Shown one piece after another: positions 47,101 to 56,820 of a stretch of 64,000 nucleotides of DNA (position 1 is its first letter; each line of letters opens with the position of its first letter). The stretch spans positions 87,395 to 151,394 of the forward strand of contig JAHBTS010000002.1 of the NCBI GenBank assembly GCA_019638515.1. Reading direction: 5' to 3'. Made by a program: the position numbers and the translations under genes. The notes below the pieces were generated by a model that did not search any database, had not been told where the DNA came from, and saw only the letters and a program-made list of their open reading frames with translations. This stretch comes from Chitinophagales bacterium. Lineage in GTDB: Bacteria; Bacteroidota; Bacteroidia; Chitinophagales; LD1.

Positions 47101-48843
47101 GGTTGTGTAGATACGGCTTCGCAAACGGCTACCGTAATTTTGGGTTCCGTAATGGACTTTAGCATTCCTGAAGTATGCGAAACTGCGCCTTCTATCTTTA
47201 CAGATTTGTCTGTTTTAAAAACAGGAACTACCGTAGCAAGTTATGCTTGGGATTTTGGAGATGGTAATACTGCTGCTACCCAAAACACTTCCCATACTTA
47301 TGCTACTTATGGTAATTACAATGTAAAGTTGGTGCTAGATTATGGCAACAGTTGTTTTGATTCTATTACAAAAGTAGCAACTGTACATCAAAACCCTACG
47401 GCTGCCTTTACTTCAACTACAGTGTGCGAAAACAATTATACCAACTTTACCAACAACTCCTCTCCTGCCGGATTGGCCTACACTTGGAATTTTGGAGATG
47501 GTAATACTTCAACTAACGATAACCCAACACATTTATATGCCGGAGACGGAATTTATCCGGTAGTATTAGTTGCAACTTCTACCGCACAATGCTCCGACAC
47601 TATTACCGATAGTGTAACTGTATTAACCGTTGGCGAGGCGCTCTTTTCCGTAGCACCTACGTGCTTGGGCAATGCAAGTCTTTTTGTAAACCAAACCGAT
47701 ACTGTACTATATCCAACGGCTAATTTTACTTGGTTCTTTGGCGATGGATCTACTTCTAACCAATCAACACCACAAAAGCAATACACCAATACAGGCAACT
47801 TCAACATAACCATGATTGCCAACTTTGCCAACAGCTGTGCAGATACCGCTTATGGAAGCACATCGGTGTTTGAAATTCCTGCATTTACGGCACAAACTAA
47901 AAATGTGAGTTGCTTTTCGCAAAACGATGGCGAAATCACCCTTCAAGCAACAGCAGGAAAAGCACCATTTAATTACACTTGGGTTCCAGCATTAAGCAAC
48001 AGCGCTATTCAAACAAATGTATTTGCAGGAAAGTATGTTGTAACTTTCAGCGATGCCAATAGTTGCAGCGATACACTAAGCGTAACTATTACACAACCAG
48101 ATTCGCTTAGTTTGTATATTGCGGTAGATTCTATTTCTTGCTTTGGTCGCAGCGATGGGAAATTACGTGCATTTGCCACAGGAGGAACTCCTCAATACAG
48201 CTATGTTTGGAGCAATGGAGTGCATCAGCACGAAAATGCCAATCTTAAAGAAGGCGATTACACCGTAACCGTCAGCGATGCCAATTTATGCGAATTGATA
48301 AGAACCGTATTGCTTCCCAACCCTGTAAAATTTGCAGTAAACTTAGTGGCGGAAGATACCATACAACTTGGAGAAGATATTACACTCACTCCTACTTACA
48401 ACTATTCTAATATTACGCATTGGCAATGGACTCCGGCAACAGCACTCAACTGCATAGATTGCGAGAACCCTATTGCAAATCCATACAACGATATTGTTTA
48501 CACCGTTTACGCCACTACCGAAAAAGGTTGTATAGATTCAGCTTATACACGTATAAATGTAGAGCACAATCCGGTAGTTTATGTGCCAAATCTATTTACT
48601 CCCAACAACGATGGGCTGAATGATATAGCTATGGTGTATGCTAACAATGTAATGGATTTAGAATTCTTAATTTTTAACCGATGGGGAGAAAAAGTGTACG
48701 AAGGACATCATATAAACGAAGGTTGGAATGGCTTCTATCAAAACAAACTGCAAGAGCCCGAAACCTATGTTTACGTTGTAACTGTTACTTTCTTAAACAA
48801 TAAAAAAGTAACCAAAACAGGCAGTATTACACTTGTAAAATAG
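44158..48843 (+). CDS. giant PKD-repeat adhesin-like protein, T9SS type B (CHU_C) C-terminal domain
   Basis: 1561 aa with a signal peptide. N-terminal ~400 aa resemble the IgGFc-binding-protein N-terminal-like domain (FTTEGKEFWFGFMQN...CCCDHLYD). Nine PKD domains (WDFGDG signatures) and two SprB-type repeats. C-terminal VPNLFTPNNDGLNDI...FNRWGEKVY domain (about 48571..48840). Confidence 0.9.
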   Translation: MRTSTWALLLFCFTTFLSATTFAQQFTTEGKEFWFGFMQNTLGSPPDTLMVSMSSRFNASATVSIPLSGWSQSVTIPANTSVTVGIPKATAMASGCGAMLPMGCHIQSDQQISAYALNFQGYSADATLLIPNPTLGDKYYLNTYRENYSNSRQTQMLIVAAYPNTTIQITPSVATACGNPAGVPFQINLNQGQVYNLESNDDLTGTFVQSIDVGQGCKKFVLFSGNFCTAVGSQCCCDHLYDINFYNDSWGKNYILPNLRTRGQTRFRVVSQQNGTQVSVNGGPVQNINAGQYYQFDLSANGSLTSNNPVSVLQLSMSGDVDGSSADPFMILLGPNEQTLNEITFNTLFNSGNSPNYYATIVTKSNSTGLITLDGAPITGFVPVASNPAYSIASPTVAYGSHTIKSDSGFLAYIYEYASYESFGYSAGANLSNLFANFEYASSRFDSIFCPGDTVFFQGIGDPSILSYEWDFGDGDTARTQNPHHVYTALGDFTVKMIIQRQNSCDKDTIPGNIKILGPPITDVPDDSICIGSSITVAVTSTDSIRWSTGDTAKSITLSPTVTTSYSVYAKNVACAGMPDTFTIKVRDPKVDFTTSPKCFGNPIRFTPSASTSLQYFSWDFGDGNVNSYTSAILNYTDHTYASAGTFQVTLAVIDSFGCKDTVRQNVSVFPLLNQDFTVNDVCFNGTANVINNTTVVSGSIQNQWIWGDGSTNDTAFSPSHVYTTVDTFTITYIAVTDSGCSDTLTKQIIVYDTASVDFTATDTCFGNSTVFNVSSSAPPGSTPFWDFGDGIQSSDTFPIHTYAAPGVYTVTSIIITPQGCNDTLAQQVEVFPKPLPDFVADSTCDGDSLTFTNLSSIASGTYTNMWDLGDGNTSTDISPTHLYAAYGNYTVKLVLTSDKNCLDSITKVATVNPNPTAAFTINDVCNDSTLAASNTSSVPSGTLSYNWNWGDGDTSSIVPASHNYSSSGTYTVSVTVTTNKGCVDTASQTATVILGSVMDFSIPEVCETAPSIFTDLSVLKTGTTVASYAWDFGDGNTAATQNTSHTYATYGNYNVKLVLDYGNSCFDSITKVATVHQNPTAAFTSTTVCENNYTNFTNNSSPAGLAYTWNFGDGNTSTNDNPTHLYAGDGIYPVVLVATSTAQCSDTITDSVTVLTVGEALFSVAPTCLGNASLFVNQTDTVLYPTANFTWFFGDGSTSNQSTPQKQYTNTGNFNITMIANFANSCADTAYGSTSVFEIPAFTAQTKNVSCFSQNDGEITLQATAGKAPFNYTWVPALSNSAIQTNVFAGKYVVTFSDANSCSDTLSVTITQPDSLSLYIAVDSISCFGRSDGKLRAFATGGTPQYSYVWSNGVHQHENANLKEGDYTVTVSDANLCELIRTVLLPNPVKFAVNLVAEDTIQLGEDITLTPTYNYSNITHWQWTPATALNCIDCENPIANPYNDIVYTVYATTEKGCIDSAYTRINVEHNPVVYVPNLFTPNNDGLNDIAMVYANNVMDLEFLIFNRWGEKVYEGHHINEGWNGFYQNKLQEPETYVYVVTVTFLNNKKVTKTGSITLVK
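45922..47877 (+). repeat. eight tandem PKD domains (coding, ~81 aa period); a ninth copy lies at about 45463..45708
   Basis: Each unit carries W(D/N/I/F)(F/W/L)GDG...(H/T)xY...G.Y.V.L. Units 5 and 7 share long identical strings (DSITKVATV, NPTAAFT). Confidence 0.85.
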
Positions 48844-48907
48844 TTCGTGCTTTTGTTTTGCATCTATTCACTTTTTCTTACGCAGCATTTCTCATTTTTG
48901 TATTATC

Positions 48908-49855
48908 ATGAAAGTAACAGACCATATTGCTAAAGCCAACAACACCCTATTTTCGTTTGAAGTACTTCCACCACAGAAAGGAAAAATAATAGACGATTTG
49001 CTGAATGTAATTGAACCACTCATGGAATTTAAGCCTCCATTTGTAGATGTTACATACCACCGCGAAGAAATAATATACAAAAAGAGAATTGACGGACTAA
49101 TAGAAGAAGTTCCCCTTCGCAAGCGCCCCGGCACTGCAGGAATTTGCGCAGCCATAAAAGGACGGTTTAATGTAGATGCCGTACCGCATTTAATTTGCCA
49201 TGGATTTACACCCGAAGAAACCGAAGATGCACTATTTACACTGTACTACTTAGGCATAAACAATGTACTCTTGCTACAAGGCGATTCCGATAAAGGAAAA
49301 TCGCAAACCGATAAAAAAGCACACCATTACGCCAGCGAGCTAGTACAGCAAGTTTCAGAAATGAACTACGGCAGGTTTCTACATGAAGAAACAGAGAATG
49401 AACTCAAAACCGATTTTTGTATAGGAGTTGCTGGCTATCCGGAAAAGCATTTTGAAGCACCTAATTTAAAATCAGATTTAAAGTGGTTGAAACACAAAAT
49501 AGATTGTGGCGCACATTACATTGTAACCCAAATGTTTTTCAACAACCAAAAGTTTTACGAATTTGTAGATGCTTGCAGAGCAGCAGGCATTACAGTACCC
49601 ATTATTCCGGGTTTAAAACCAATTGCATCTAAAGCACAACTGCGCAACCTGCCCAAAATTTTTCATATAGATATTCCTGAGGAACTCGTAATTGAAATAG
49701 AAAAATGCAAAGACGATAAACAAGTAAAACATGTTGGAATAGAATGGGCAATTGCGCAATCTAAAGATTTGAAAGCACAGAAAGTGCCTTGCCTGCACTA
49801 TTACACTATGAGCCGAAGTGAGGCAACTATTGAAATTGCCAAAGCGGTATTTTAG
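48908..49855 (+). CDS. metF: methylenetetrahydrofolate reductase [NAD(P)H]
   Basis: 315 aa. N-terminal LFSFEVLPPQKG and the overall pattern are typical of bacterial MetF. Confidence 0.85.
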   Translation: MKVTDHIAKANNTLFSFEVLPPQKGKIIDDLLNVIEPLMEFKPPFVDVTYHREEIIYKKRIDGLIEEVPLRKRPGTAGICAAIKGRFNVDAVPHLICHGFTPEETEDALFTLYYLGINNVLLLQGDSDKGKSQTDKKAHHYASELVQQVSEMNYGRFLHEETENELKTDFCIGVAGYPEKHFEAPNLKSDLKWLKHKIDCGAHYIVTQMFFNNQKFYEFVDACRAAGITVPIIPGLKPIASKAQLRNLPKIFHIDIPEELVIEIEKCKDDKQVKHVGIEWAIAQSKDLKAQKVPCLHYYTMSRSEATIEIAKAVF

Positions 49856-49921
49856 TTTAAACCACCGCCCGTCCACTCAATTATTTAAGAATTATGTTCA
49901 TAATAAAAGCTCCTTTTCAAC

Positions 49922-49951
49922 TTTTTTACCAAACGCTTGTTTGGTAAAAAA
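49922..49951. promoter_or_regulatory. perfect 13-bp-arm palindrome between metF and the beta-oxidation operon
   Basis: TTTTTTACCAAAC-gctt-GTTTGGTAAAAAA. The T-run lies 5' and the A-run 3' on both strands, so it is not a canonical intrinsic terminator. It sits 106 nt upstream of the fadN-like start codon. Confidence 0.4.
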
Positions 49952-50056
49952 GAATATGTAGTTTCGTAAAACGTTTCATGAAAAAAGAATAAGTACTTCG
50001 TGAAACAAACAGGCAAGTAACTATTTACTAATTATACAAATACATAATCAAACAAA

Positions 50057-52495
50057 ATGGAAACATCAACAGAAAAACAAGCGGTGAATGTAACACCTGC
50101 CAAAGCTCGCAAGGTGAAAACCGTAGCGGTGTTAGGCTCAGGAGTTATGGGCAGCCGTATTGCACTACATTGTGCCAACATTGGGCTAAAAGTAATTTTG
50201 CTCGATATTGTACCATTCAACCTAAGCGAAGAAGATGCTAAAAAACCGGCACTTCGCAATAAAATAGTAAACGACTCTTTAGCATTTGCATTAAAGAGCA
50301 ATCCCAATCCTGCATACGATAAAGCATTTGCATCGCGCATAAAAACAGGCAACTTTGACGATAACATGAGTTGGGTAAAAGAAGCCGACTGGATTATCGA
50401 AGTAGTAATGGAACGCCTTGATATCAAACAACAAGTTTTTGAAAAAGTTGAAAAATTCCGCAAACCCGGAACGCTTATTTCTTCAAACACTTCCGGCATT
50501 CCAATTCATTTAATGACCGAAGGAAGAAGCGATGATTTTAAAGCACATTTCTGCGGTACTCACTTCTTTAACCCACCGCGCTACTTACGCTTGTTAGAAG
50601 TAATTCCTACAGCACACACCCATGCCGAAGTAGTAGATTTCTTCATGCACTTTGGCGATTTATTCCTTGGTAAGCAGACCGTACTGTGTAAAGACACTCC
50701 TGCATTTATTGCTAACCGCGTAGGCGTATTCAGCATTGGCGCTGTAATTAAACTTATGCAGGAAATGGATTTAACCATAGATGAAGTAGATGCACTTACA
50801 GGTACCTTAATTGGTAAGCCAAAATCTGCCACCTTCCGCACTACCGATGTGGTTGGTTTAGACACCATGGTTAAAGTAATGAAAGGCGCTTACGATAATC
50901 TTCCAAACGATGAGTACCGCGATGTATTCCTAGTGCCTGAGTGGATTACAAAAATGGATGAAAACAAATGGCATGGCGATAAAACGGGTCAAGGATTTTT
51001 CAAAAAAACAAAAGATGCCGCAGGCAAAAAATCATTTGAAACTTTAGATTGGAAAACACTTCAATACCAACCAAAAGGAAAACCAAAATCGGCAACCATC
51101 GAAATCGGAAAAAATATTGAAGACCTACCAAAACGCCTAAAAGCAGTTGCTGCTTCAAAAGATAAACATGGCGATTTCCTTCAAAAATTATCCTTCTACG
51201 TAAACAGCTACGTAAGCCTTCGCATACCGGAAATTTCTGATGAACTTTACAGAATAGACGATGCCATGCGCGCAGGTTTTGGTTGGGAACTTGGTCCATT
51301 TGAGCAGTGGGACATTGTAGGCGTAAAAGAAACTGTAGAAAAAATGAAAGCAGCCGGATTCAAACTAGGCGCTTGGGTAGATGAATTCTTGGCAGCAGGC
51401 AATTCTACATTCTACAAAATTGAAAACGGTAAACGCTTTTACTATGATATTCCTTCAAAATCATACAAAACCATTCCGGGTCGCGAATCTTTTATTATCC
51501 TTTCCGACATTCAATCTTCTACCAAACCAATTTGGAAAAACACCGGAGCCAGAATAGACGATTTAGGCGATGGCGTACTCAATGTTTCTTGGAATACCAA
51601 AATGAACTCATTGGGCGGTGAAGTATTAGAAGCCATCAATAAAGGAATAGACATTGCCGAGTCGCAAGGATGGAAAGGCGTAGTATTAGGGCACAGTGGC
51701 GTAAACTTTAGTGCAGGTGCCAACCTTGCCATGATTTTTATGATGGCAATTGAACAAGAATACGATGAATTAGACTTTGCCATCCGCGCATTCCAAAGTT
51801 CAACCATGCGCTTGCGCTATTCTTCAATACCTGTAGTTAGCGCCATTAAAGGATTAACTTTAGGAGGCGGCTGCGAAATTACCATGCACAGCGATAGTGC
51901 CGTAGCATCTGCCGAAACTTATATTGGTTTAGTAGAAGTAGGTGTAGGCTTAATTCCGGGCGGTGGCGGCACCAAAGAAATGGCACTCCGCGCCAGCGAT
52001 GCCTACTATGCAGGCGATACTCAAATTACTCAATTGGCAGAACGTTTTACAGCCATTGCCACAGCAAAAGTAGCAACATCGGCAGTAGAAGGTTTTGGCA
52101 TTGGCGTACTCGACCGCAAAAAAGACCAAATTGTAATGAATGCCGATCGCCATATTAAAGAAGCTAAAGAAAAAGTATTGGAACTATACGAAAATGGCTA
52201 CGTCCAACCCGTACAACGCGAAGATATTGCCGTATTGGGTCGCACAGGCTTAGCTGCTTTGTACGCAGGTGCAGCATCGTTCCGCGTTGGAAAGTATGCC
52301 AGCGAACACGATGAAAAAATTGCCCGTAAAATAGCCTATGTGCTTTGCGGTGGCGACCTTTCTGCCGAAACAAAAGTAAGCGAACAATATCTTTTGGATT
52401 TAGAAAGAGAAGCCTTCTTACAACTTTGTGGCGAAAAGAAAACATTGGAAAGAATCCAAAGCATTTTAACCAGTGGCAAACCATTAAGAAACTAA
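50057..52495 (+). CDS. fadN: bifunctional 3-hydroxyacyl-CoA dehydrogenase / enoyl-CoA hydratase (FadN-type domain order)
   Basis: 812 aa. N-terminal NAD motif VAVLGSGVMGSRIA. C-terminal crotonase domain (GLTLGGGCEITMHSD). Confidence 0.9.
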   Translation: METSTEKQAVNVTPAKARKVKTVAVLGSGVMGSRIALHCANIGLKVILLDIVPFNLSEEDAKKPALRNKIVNDSLAFALKSNPNPAYDKAFASRIKTGNFDDNMSWVKEADWIIEVVMERLDIKQQVFEKVEKFRKPGTLISSNTSGIPIHLMTEGRSDDFKAHFCGTHFFNPPRYLRLLEVIPTAHTHAEVVDFFMHFGDLFLGKQTVLCKDTPAFIANRVGVFSIGAVIKLMQEMDLTIDEVDALTGTLIGKPKSATFRTTDVVGLDTMVKVMKGAYDNLPNDEYRDVFLVPEWITKMDENKWHGDKTGQGFFKKTKDAAGKKSFETLDWKTLQYQPKGKPKSATIEIGKNIEDLPKRLKAVAASKDKHGDFLQKLSFYVNSYVSLRIPEISDELYRIDDAMRAGFGWELGPFEQWDIVGVKETVEKMKAAGFKLGAWVDEFLAAGNSTFYKIENGKRFYYDIPSKSYKTIPGRESFIILSDIQSSTKPIWKNTGARIDDLGDGVLNVSWNTKMNSLGGEVLEAINKGIDIAESQGWKGVVLGHSGVNFSAGANLAMIFMMAIEQEYDELDFAIRAFQSSTMRLRYSSIPVVSAIKGLTLGGGCEITMHSDSAVASAETYIGLVEVGVGLIPGGGGTKEMALRASDAYYAGDTQITQLAERFTAIATAKVATSAVEGFGIGVLDRKKDQIVMNADRHIKEAKEKVLELYENGYVQPVQREDIAVLGRTGLAALYAGAASFRVGKYASEHDEKIARKIAYVLCGGDLSAETKVSEQYLLDLEREAFLQLCGEKKTLERIQSILTSGKPLRN

Positions 52496-52599
52496 GAACC
52501 CAATAATTTATTCCAGTAATACAAAGAAACAACAATCACATTTTAAATAATTGCCAAGCCCAACCAACACGCTGGCACTTGGCTTAAAAATCTAAAAAC

Positions 52600-53775
52600 A
52601 TGTCACAAGAAGCATACATTGTAGCTGCATCGCGCACAGCAATAGGAAAAGCTAAAAAAGGTGGATTTCGTTTCACCACACCTGTAGATTTGGCATATTA
52701 TGCTATTACAGATCTTCTAAAAAAAGTACCGGAATTTGATCCAAAACGCGTAGATGACCTCATTGTAGGAAACGCAGTTCCCGAAGCCGAACAAGGCTTA
52801 CAAATGGCACGCTGGGTTGCCGTTCGTTCGCTACCTATCGAAATACCGGGCGTTACCGTAAACCGCTATTGCGGTTCAGGTGTAGAAACCATTGCAATGG
52901 CAACTGCAAAAATCCGCTCAGGAATGGCTGATGTAATTATTGCCGGAGGAACCGAAAGCATGACCTTAGTACCTACCGTTGGTTACAAAACCGTACCTAA
53001 CTACGAAGTAGCCAAAACCAACCCCGATTACTACATCGGTATGGGTTTAACCGCAGAAAACATTGCAGAAAAATACGGCATCACTCGCGAACAAAGCGAT
53101 GAATTTTCTTTCAACTCTCACCAAAAGGCCATTGCTGCAATGGAAGCAGGTAAGTTTAAAGAATTTATTGTACCCGTAGAAGTAGAAGAAGTATATTACG
53201 AAGCAGGAAAAAAGAAAAGCCGCAAATTTATTGTAGATACCGATGAAGGCCCACGCAAAGACACTTCTTTAGAAGGCTTGGCAAAGCTAAAACCCGTATT
53301 TAAAAATGGCGGACAAGTTACAGCCGGAAACTCATCGCAAACATCAGATGCAGCTGCATTTGTATTAGTAGTAAGCGAAAGAGTAGTAAAAGAACTAAAC
53401 CTTAAACCTATTGCCCGCATGGTAACTTCGGCATCAGTAGGTGTAGATCCCACCATTATGGGAATGGGGCCGGTAGCTGCAATACCAAAAGCATTAAAAC
53501 AAGCCAATATGAATTTGGGTAACATCGGCTTAATGGAGTTAAACGAAGCCTTTGCAGCACAATCTTTAGGCGTTATTAAAGCCGCAGAATTAGACTCAAG
53601 CATCATAAATGTAAATGGAGGAGCCGTAGCTTTAGGGCACCCACTGGGCGCATCCGGCACCTATTTATTTATGAAACTTCTTGAAGAGCAACGCGCACGC
53701 AACGTACAATATGGCATGGTAACTGCCTGTATTGGTGGCGGACAAGGTATTGCAGGAATATTCGAAAAACTATAA
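52600..53775 (+). CDS. fadA: acetyl-CoA C-acyltransferase (3-ketoacyl-CoA thiolase)
   Basis: Active-site VNRYCGSG, NEAFAAQ, and the C-terminal ACIGGGQG motif. Confidence 0.9.
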   Translation: MSQEAYIVAASRTAIGKAKKGGFRFTTPVDLAYYAITDLLKKVPEFDPKRVDDLIVGNAVPEAEQGLQMARWVAVRSLPIEIPGVTVNRYCGSGVETIAMATAKIRSGMADVIIAGGTESMTLVPTVGYKTVPNYEVAKTNPDYYIGMGLTAENIAEKYGITREQSDEFSFNSHQKAIAAMEAGKFKEFIVPVEVEEVYYEAGKKKSRKFIVDTDEGPRKDTSLEGLAKLKPVFKNGGQVTAGNSSQTSDAAAFVLVVSERVVKELNLKPIARMVTSASVGVDPTIMGMGPVAAIPKALKQANMNLGNIGLMELNEAFAAQSLGVIKAAELDSSIINVNGGAVALGHPLGASGTYLFMKLLEEQRARNVQYGMVTACIGGGQGIAGIFEKL

Positions 53776-53806
53776 TCATAAAAATTTAATCTCTTTTAAA
53801 AGCATA

Positions 53807-53830
53807 TTGCCGGAGCACAAACTCCGGCAA
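53807..53830 (+). other. GC-rich intercistronic hairpin between fadA and the acyl-CoA dehydrogenase gene
   Basis: TTGCCGGAG-cacaaa-CTCCGGCAA: a 9-bp stem with no U-run. Possibly an mRNA stabiliser or processing site. Confidence 0.4.
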
Positions 53831-53850
53831 ACTTTAGCAACTCTTACAAA

Positions 53851-55647
53851 ATGGAAACAACACAATCAACCAAAGCACTTCTTAAAGGTGGAGAATTTTT
53901 AATTAAAGAACTTTCTTGGAACAACGTAACCATTAAAGATGAAATAAGCGAAGAGCAAAAAATGTTCGGTCAAACTACCGAAGATTTCATCTCAGGAAAA
54001 GTATTTCCAAACGTTCAAAAAATAGATAAAGGCGATCATGCCTTAGTAGTTCAGCTCCTAAAAGAATCGGCCGACCTAGGTCTATTAGGCGCATCGGTAC
54101 CCGAAGTATATGGCGGAATGGGAAGCGATTTAGTAACCGATACCGTTATTAACGAAGAAATAGGAAAAGGACATTCTTTTGCTGCAGCATTTGCCGCTCA
54201 CACAGGAATTGGCACACTGCCTATCTTGTATTTTGGCACTGAAGAACAAAAAAACAAATACCTACCGGGCTTAGCAAGTGGCGAAATAAAAGCAGCTTAC
54301 TGCTTAACAGAACCTGGTTCCGGTAGCGATGCCTTAGGTGCACGCTCTAAAGCTGTACTTACCGAAGATGGAAAACACTACATCTTAAACGGACAAAAAA
54401 TGTGGATTACCAACGGTGGTTTTGCAGATATCTTTACCGTATTCGCTAAAATTGATGGCGATAAATTTACAGGGTTCATTGTTGATGCCAAAAGCGAAGG
54501 CGTATCGCTCGGAAGCGAAGAAGATAAACTCGGCATTAAAGGTTCTTCTACCCGCCAAGTGTTTTTCAACAACGTAAAAGTACCTGCCGAAAACGTATTG
54601 GGCGAAATTGGCAAAGGACACAAAATTGCTTTCAACGTATTAAATATCGGTCGCTACAAACTATGCGTATTGGCTTTAGGCGGTAGTAAAAAATCTACTT
54701 CGGTTGCAGTAAACTATGCCAACGAACGTATTCAATTTAATGTGCCTATTTCGTCATTCGGAGCCATAAAGCACAAATTGGCAGAAATGGCAATAAAAAC
54801 ATACGTGTGCGAATCGGCAACTTACCGCGCAGCTGGCGATATAGACCAAATGATTGAAACCCTTGCTGCCAAAGGAACCGACCGTGTTCAAGCTAAGCTA
54901 CTTGCTGCCGAAGAATACTCTATCGAATGCGCTATTCTAAAAGTATTTGGTTCTGAAGTATTAGACTTTGTGGTAGATGAAGCCGTACAAGTATTTGGCG
55001 GTACAGGATTTAGCGAAGAATATCCGGTAGCAAGAGCCTATCGCGATTCGCGCATCAATAGAATTTTTGAAGGCACCAACGAAATCAATCGTTTACTAAG
55101 TGTTGGGCAATTGGTGAAAAAAGCAATGAAAGGCGAATTGGATTTAATGACTCCTGCTCTAGCCGTTCAAAAAGAATTGATGAGTGTGCCAGATTTTGGA
55201 ACAGGCGATGACGATTCTTTCTTTGCAGCAGAATGGAAGGCGTTGAGAAATGCTAAAAAAGCCATTTTAATGACAGCCGGAGCAGCCGTTCAAAAATTCA
55301 TGCAAAAGCTAGAAAAAGAGCAAGAAATTATCATGAATATTTCTGATATGCTCATTGAACTCTATGCATGTGAATCTGTATTGCTACGTGTAGAAAAATT
55401 AGTAAACACCCGCGGTGCAGATGCTTGCAGCCTGCAAATAGATATTGCTAAAACTTACATTAGCGATGCTATGGAAAAGATAAACCTTTCGGGCAAACAT
55501 GCCATTACCGCTTTCAACGAAGGTGATGTGTTGCGCATTATGCTTATGGGCTTAAAACGCTTTACAAAATACGAAGCATACAATACTATTGCAGCTCGCA
55601 GACGTATTGCCGATAAATTGATTGAAGAAAATGCATACTGCTTTTAA
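53851..55647 (+). CDS. fadE: acyl-CoA dehydrogenase (long FadE-type with C-terminal extension)
   Basis: 598 aa. [19 protein letters not shown] and FEGTNEINR motifs of the ACAD family. Confidence 0.9.
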   Translation: METTQSTKALLKGGEFLIKELSWNNVTIKDEISEEQKMFGQTTEDFISGKVFPNVQKIDKGDHALVVQLLKESADLGLLGASVPEVYGGMGSDLVTDTVINEEIGKGHSFAAAFAAHTGIGTLPILYFGTEEQKNKYLPGLASGEIKAAYCLTEPGSGSDALGARSKAVLTEDGKHYILNGQKMWITNGGFADIFTVFAKIDGDKFTGFIVDAKSEGVSLGSEEDKLGIKGSSTRQVFFNNVKVPAENVLGEIGKGHKIAFNVLNIGRYKLCVLALGGSKKSTSVAVNYANERIQFNVPISSFGAIKHKLAEMAIKTYVCESATYRAAGDIDQMIETLAAKGTDRVQAKLLAAEEYSIECAILKVFGSEVLDFVVDEAVQVFGGTGFSEEYPVARAYRDSRINRIFEGTNEINRLLSVGQLVKKAMKGELDLMTPALAVQKELMSVPDFGTGDDDSFFAAEWKALRNAKKAILMTAGAAVQKFMQKLEKEQEIIMNISDMLIELYACESVLLRVEKLVNTRGADACSLQIDIAKTYISDAMEKINLSGKHAITAFNEGDVLRIMLMGLKRFTKYEAYNTIAARRRIADKLIEENAYCF

Positions 55648-55668
55648 TTGAAAGCATTGGCATAAAAT

Positions 55669-55705
55669 AAAAAGAGGCTGTCTTAAAAAAACAGCCTCTT
55701 TTTTT
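55669..55705. terminator. bidirectional intrinsic terminator between convergent fadE-like and rsmG genes
   Basis: AAAGAGGCTGT-cttaaaaaa-ACAGCCTCTTT: an 11-bp stem preceded by an A-run and followed by a T-run, so it can function on both strands. Confidence 0.8.
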
Positions 55706-55722
55706 ATATAGGTATAAAAAAA

Positions 55723-56346
55723 TCAATACTCCTTCCCTTTTATGTGTATCAAGTATTTCTCTTGAAAATGCGGAGAAGCAAACCAATCTGTAAGTGCTAT
55801 TTTCTGCAATACTTTTACACCCGAAAGTTCTTCATCCAAATTACCTCCCTTTAGGCAAATAAGTCCGTTGGGTACCGCATTTAATTTTTTGGAGAGATAT
55901 TTTTTTCCTGTCCACTTCAACAAATCTTTTGCAGGCGCTACTGCACGGCTTACTACAAAATCGTACTGGTAATTCATTTCTTCGGCTCGGCTATGGAAGG
56001 TAAAAATATTCTTTAAGCCAACCTCTTCTGCAACAGCCTGCACAACCTTTAGTTTCTTTCCAATAGAATCTACCAAGTGAAATCTGCAATTGGGAAACAT
56101 TATAGCAAGTGGAATTCCGGGAAAACCGCCTCCGGTTCCTAAATCCATAATTTTGGAACCATCTCTAAACTGTACATACTTTGCAATAGCTAATGAATGC
56201 AGCACATGGTGCTCCATAAAGCACTCCATGTCTTTCCTAGAAATCACATTTATTTTTGAATTCCAATCGGCATAAACCTCGGGCAACTTGCTAAACTGCT
56301 GTAATTGCTCGGCAGATAAATTAGGGAAATAGTGTTCCAACTGCAT
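55723..56346 (-). CDS. rsmG: 16S rRNA (guanine527-N7)-methyltransferase
   Basis: 207 aa. SAM motif IMDLGTGGGFPGIPLAI and the RsmG/GidB pattern. Confidence 0.85.
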   Translation of the reverse strand: MQLEHYFPNLSAEQLQQFSKLPEVYADWNSKINVISRKDMECFMEHHVLHSLAIAKYVQFRDGSKIMDLGTGGGFPGIPLAIMFPNCRFHLVDSIGKKLKVVQAVAEEVGLKNIFTFHSRAEEMNYQYDFVVSRAVAPAKDLLKWTGKKYLSKKLNAVPNGLICLKGGNLDEELSGVKVLQKIALTDWFASPHFQEKYLIHIKGKEY

Positions 56347-56364
56347 ACATCAAAAGTGCCTTGC

Positions 56365-56745
56365 TTAGGCAGCTCCAATGGCGTGTTTTAAATCTTCTAT
56401 TTGCTTATCCCACAAAGTGGTAGCATCCTTTATCTCTTTTTGCTCAGCAAAATCGGTAATCTCTAAAACAGTTTCGAAACTAATTTCGCTCTTGTACACT
56501 TTAAAAGAAAAGTACTCATCTTCCGGAGATTTCAACCAGCGGTATTTCACAAATTCATCGTCTTCAATTTCCAGCAATTCGGCTTTTTCGTATTGGCCGG
56601 TCCAGCCAAAAATATAATCGTCTTCTTGTGCATCGCAATAGTCTGCAAACCATTGTGCAAGCGCAGAAGGCTCGGTTACAAATTCAAAAAGAATAGCCGG
56701 AGAGGAACGAACAATGTATTCTAAAGTATATTTTTTGCGCGCCAT
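56365..56745 (-). CDS. START-like / SRPBCC-fold domain protein
   Basis: 126 aa. The N-terminal YIVRSSPAILFEFVTEPSALAQWFAD resembles AHSA1/START-like small proteins. Confidence 0.55.
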   Translation of the reverse strand: MARKKYTLEYIVRSSPAILFEFVTEPSALAQWFADYCDAQEDDYIFGWTGQYEKAELLEIEDDEFVKYRWLKSPEDEYFSFKVYKSEISFETVLEITDFAEQKEIKDATTLWDKQIEDLKHAIGAA

Positions 56746-56820
56746 TGCAATGGATTTTAATTAACTATTGGGGCAATGATAGAAAACTATTTCTTTCTGC
56801 AAAATTCTAATTGTAAAGAT

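Noticed and set aside
50032-50499. 155-aa minus-strand ORF (and the similar 154-aa ORF at 53196..53660)
   Set aside because: They are antisense to the strongly supported fadN-like and thiolase genes. The composition is typical of shadow ORFs.
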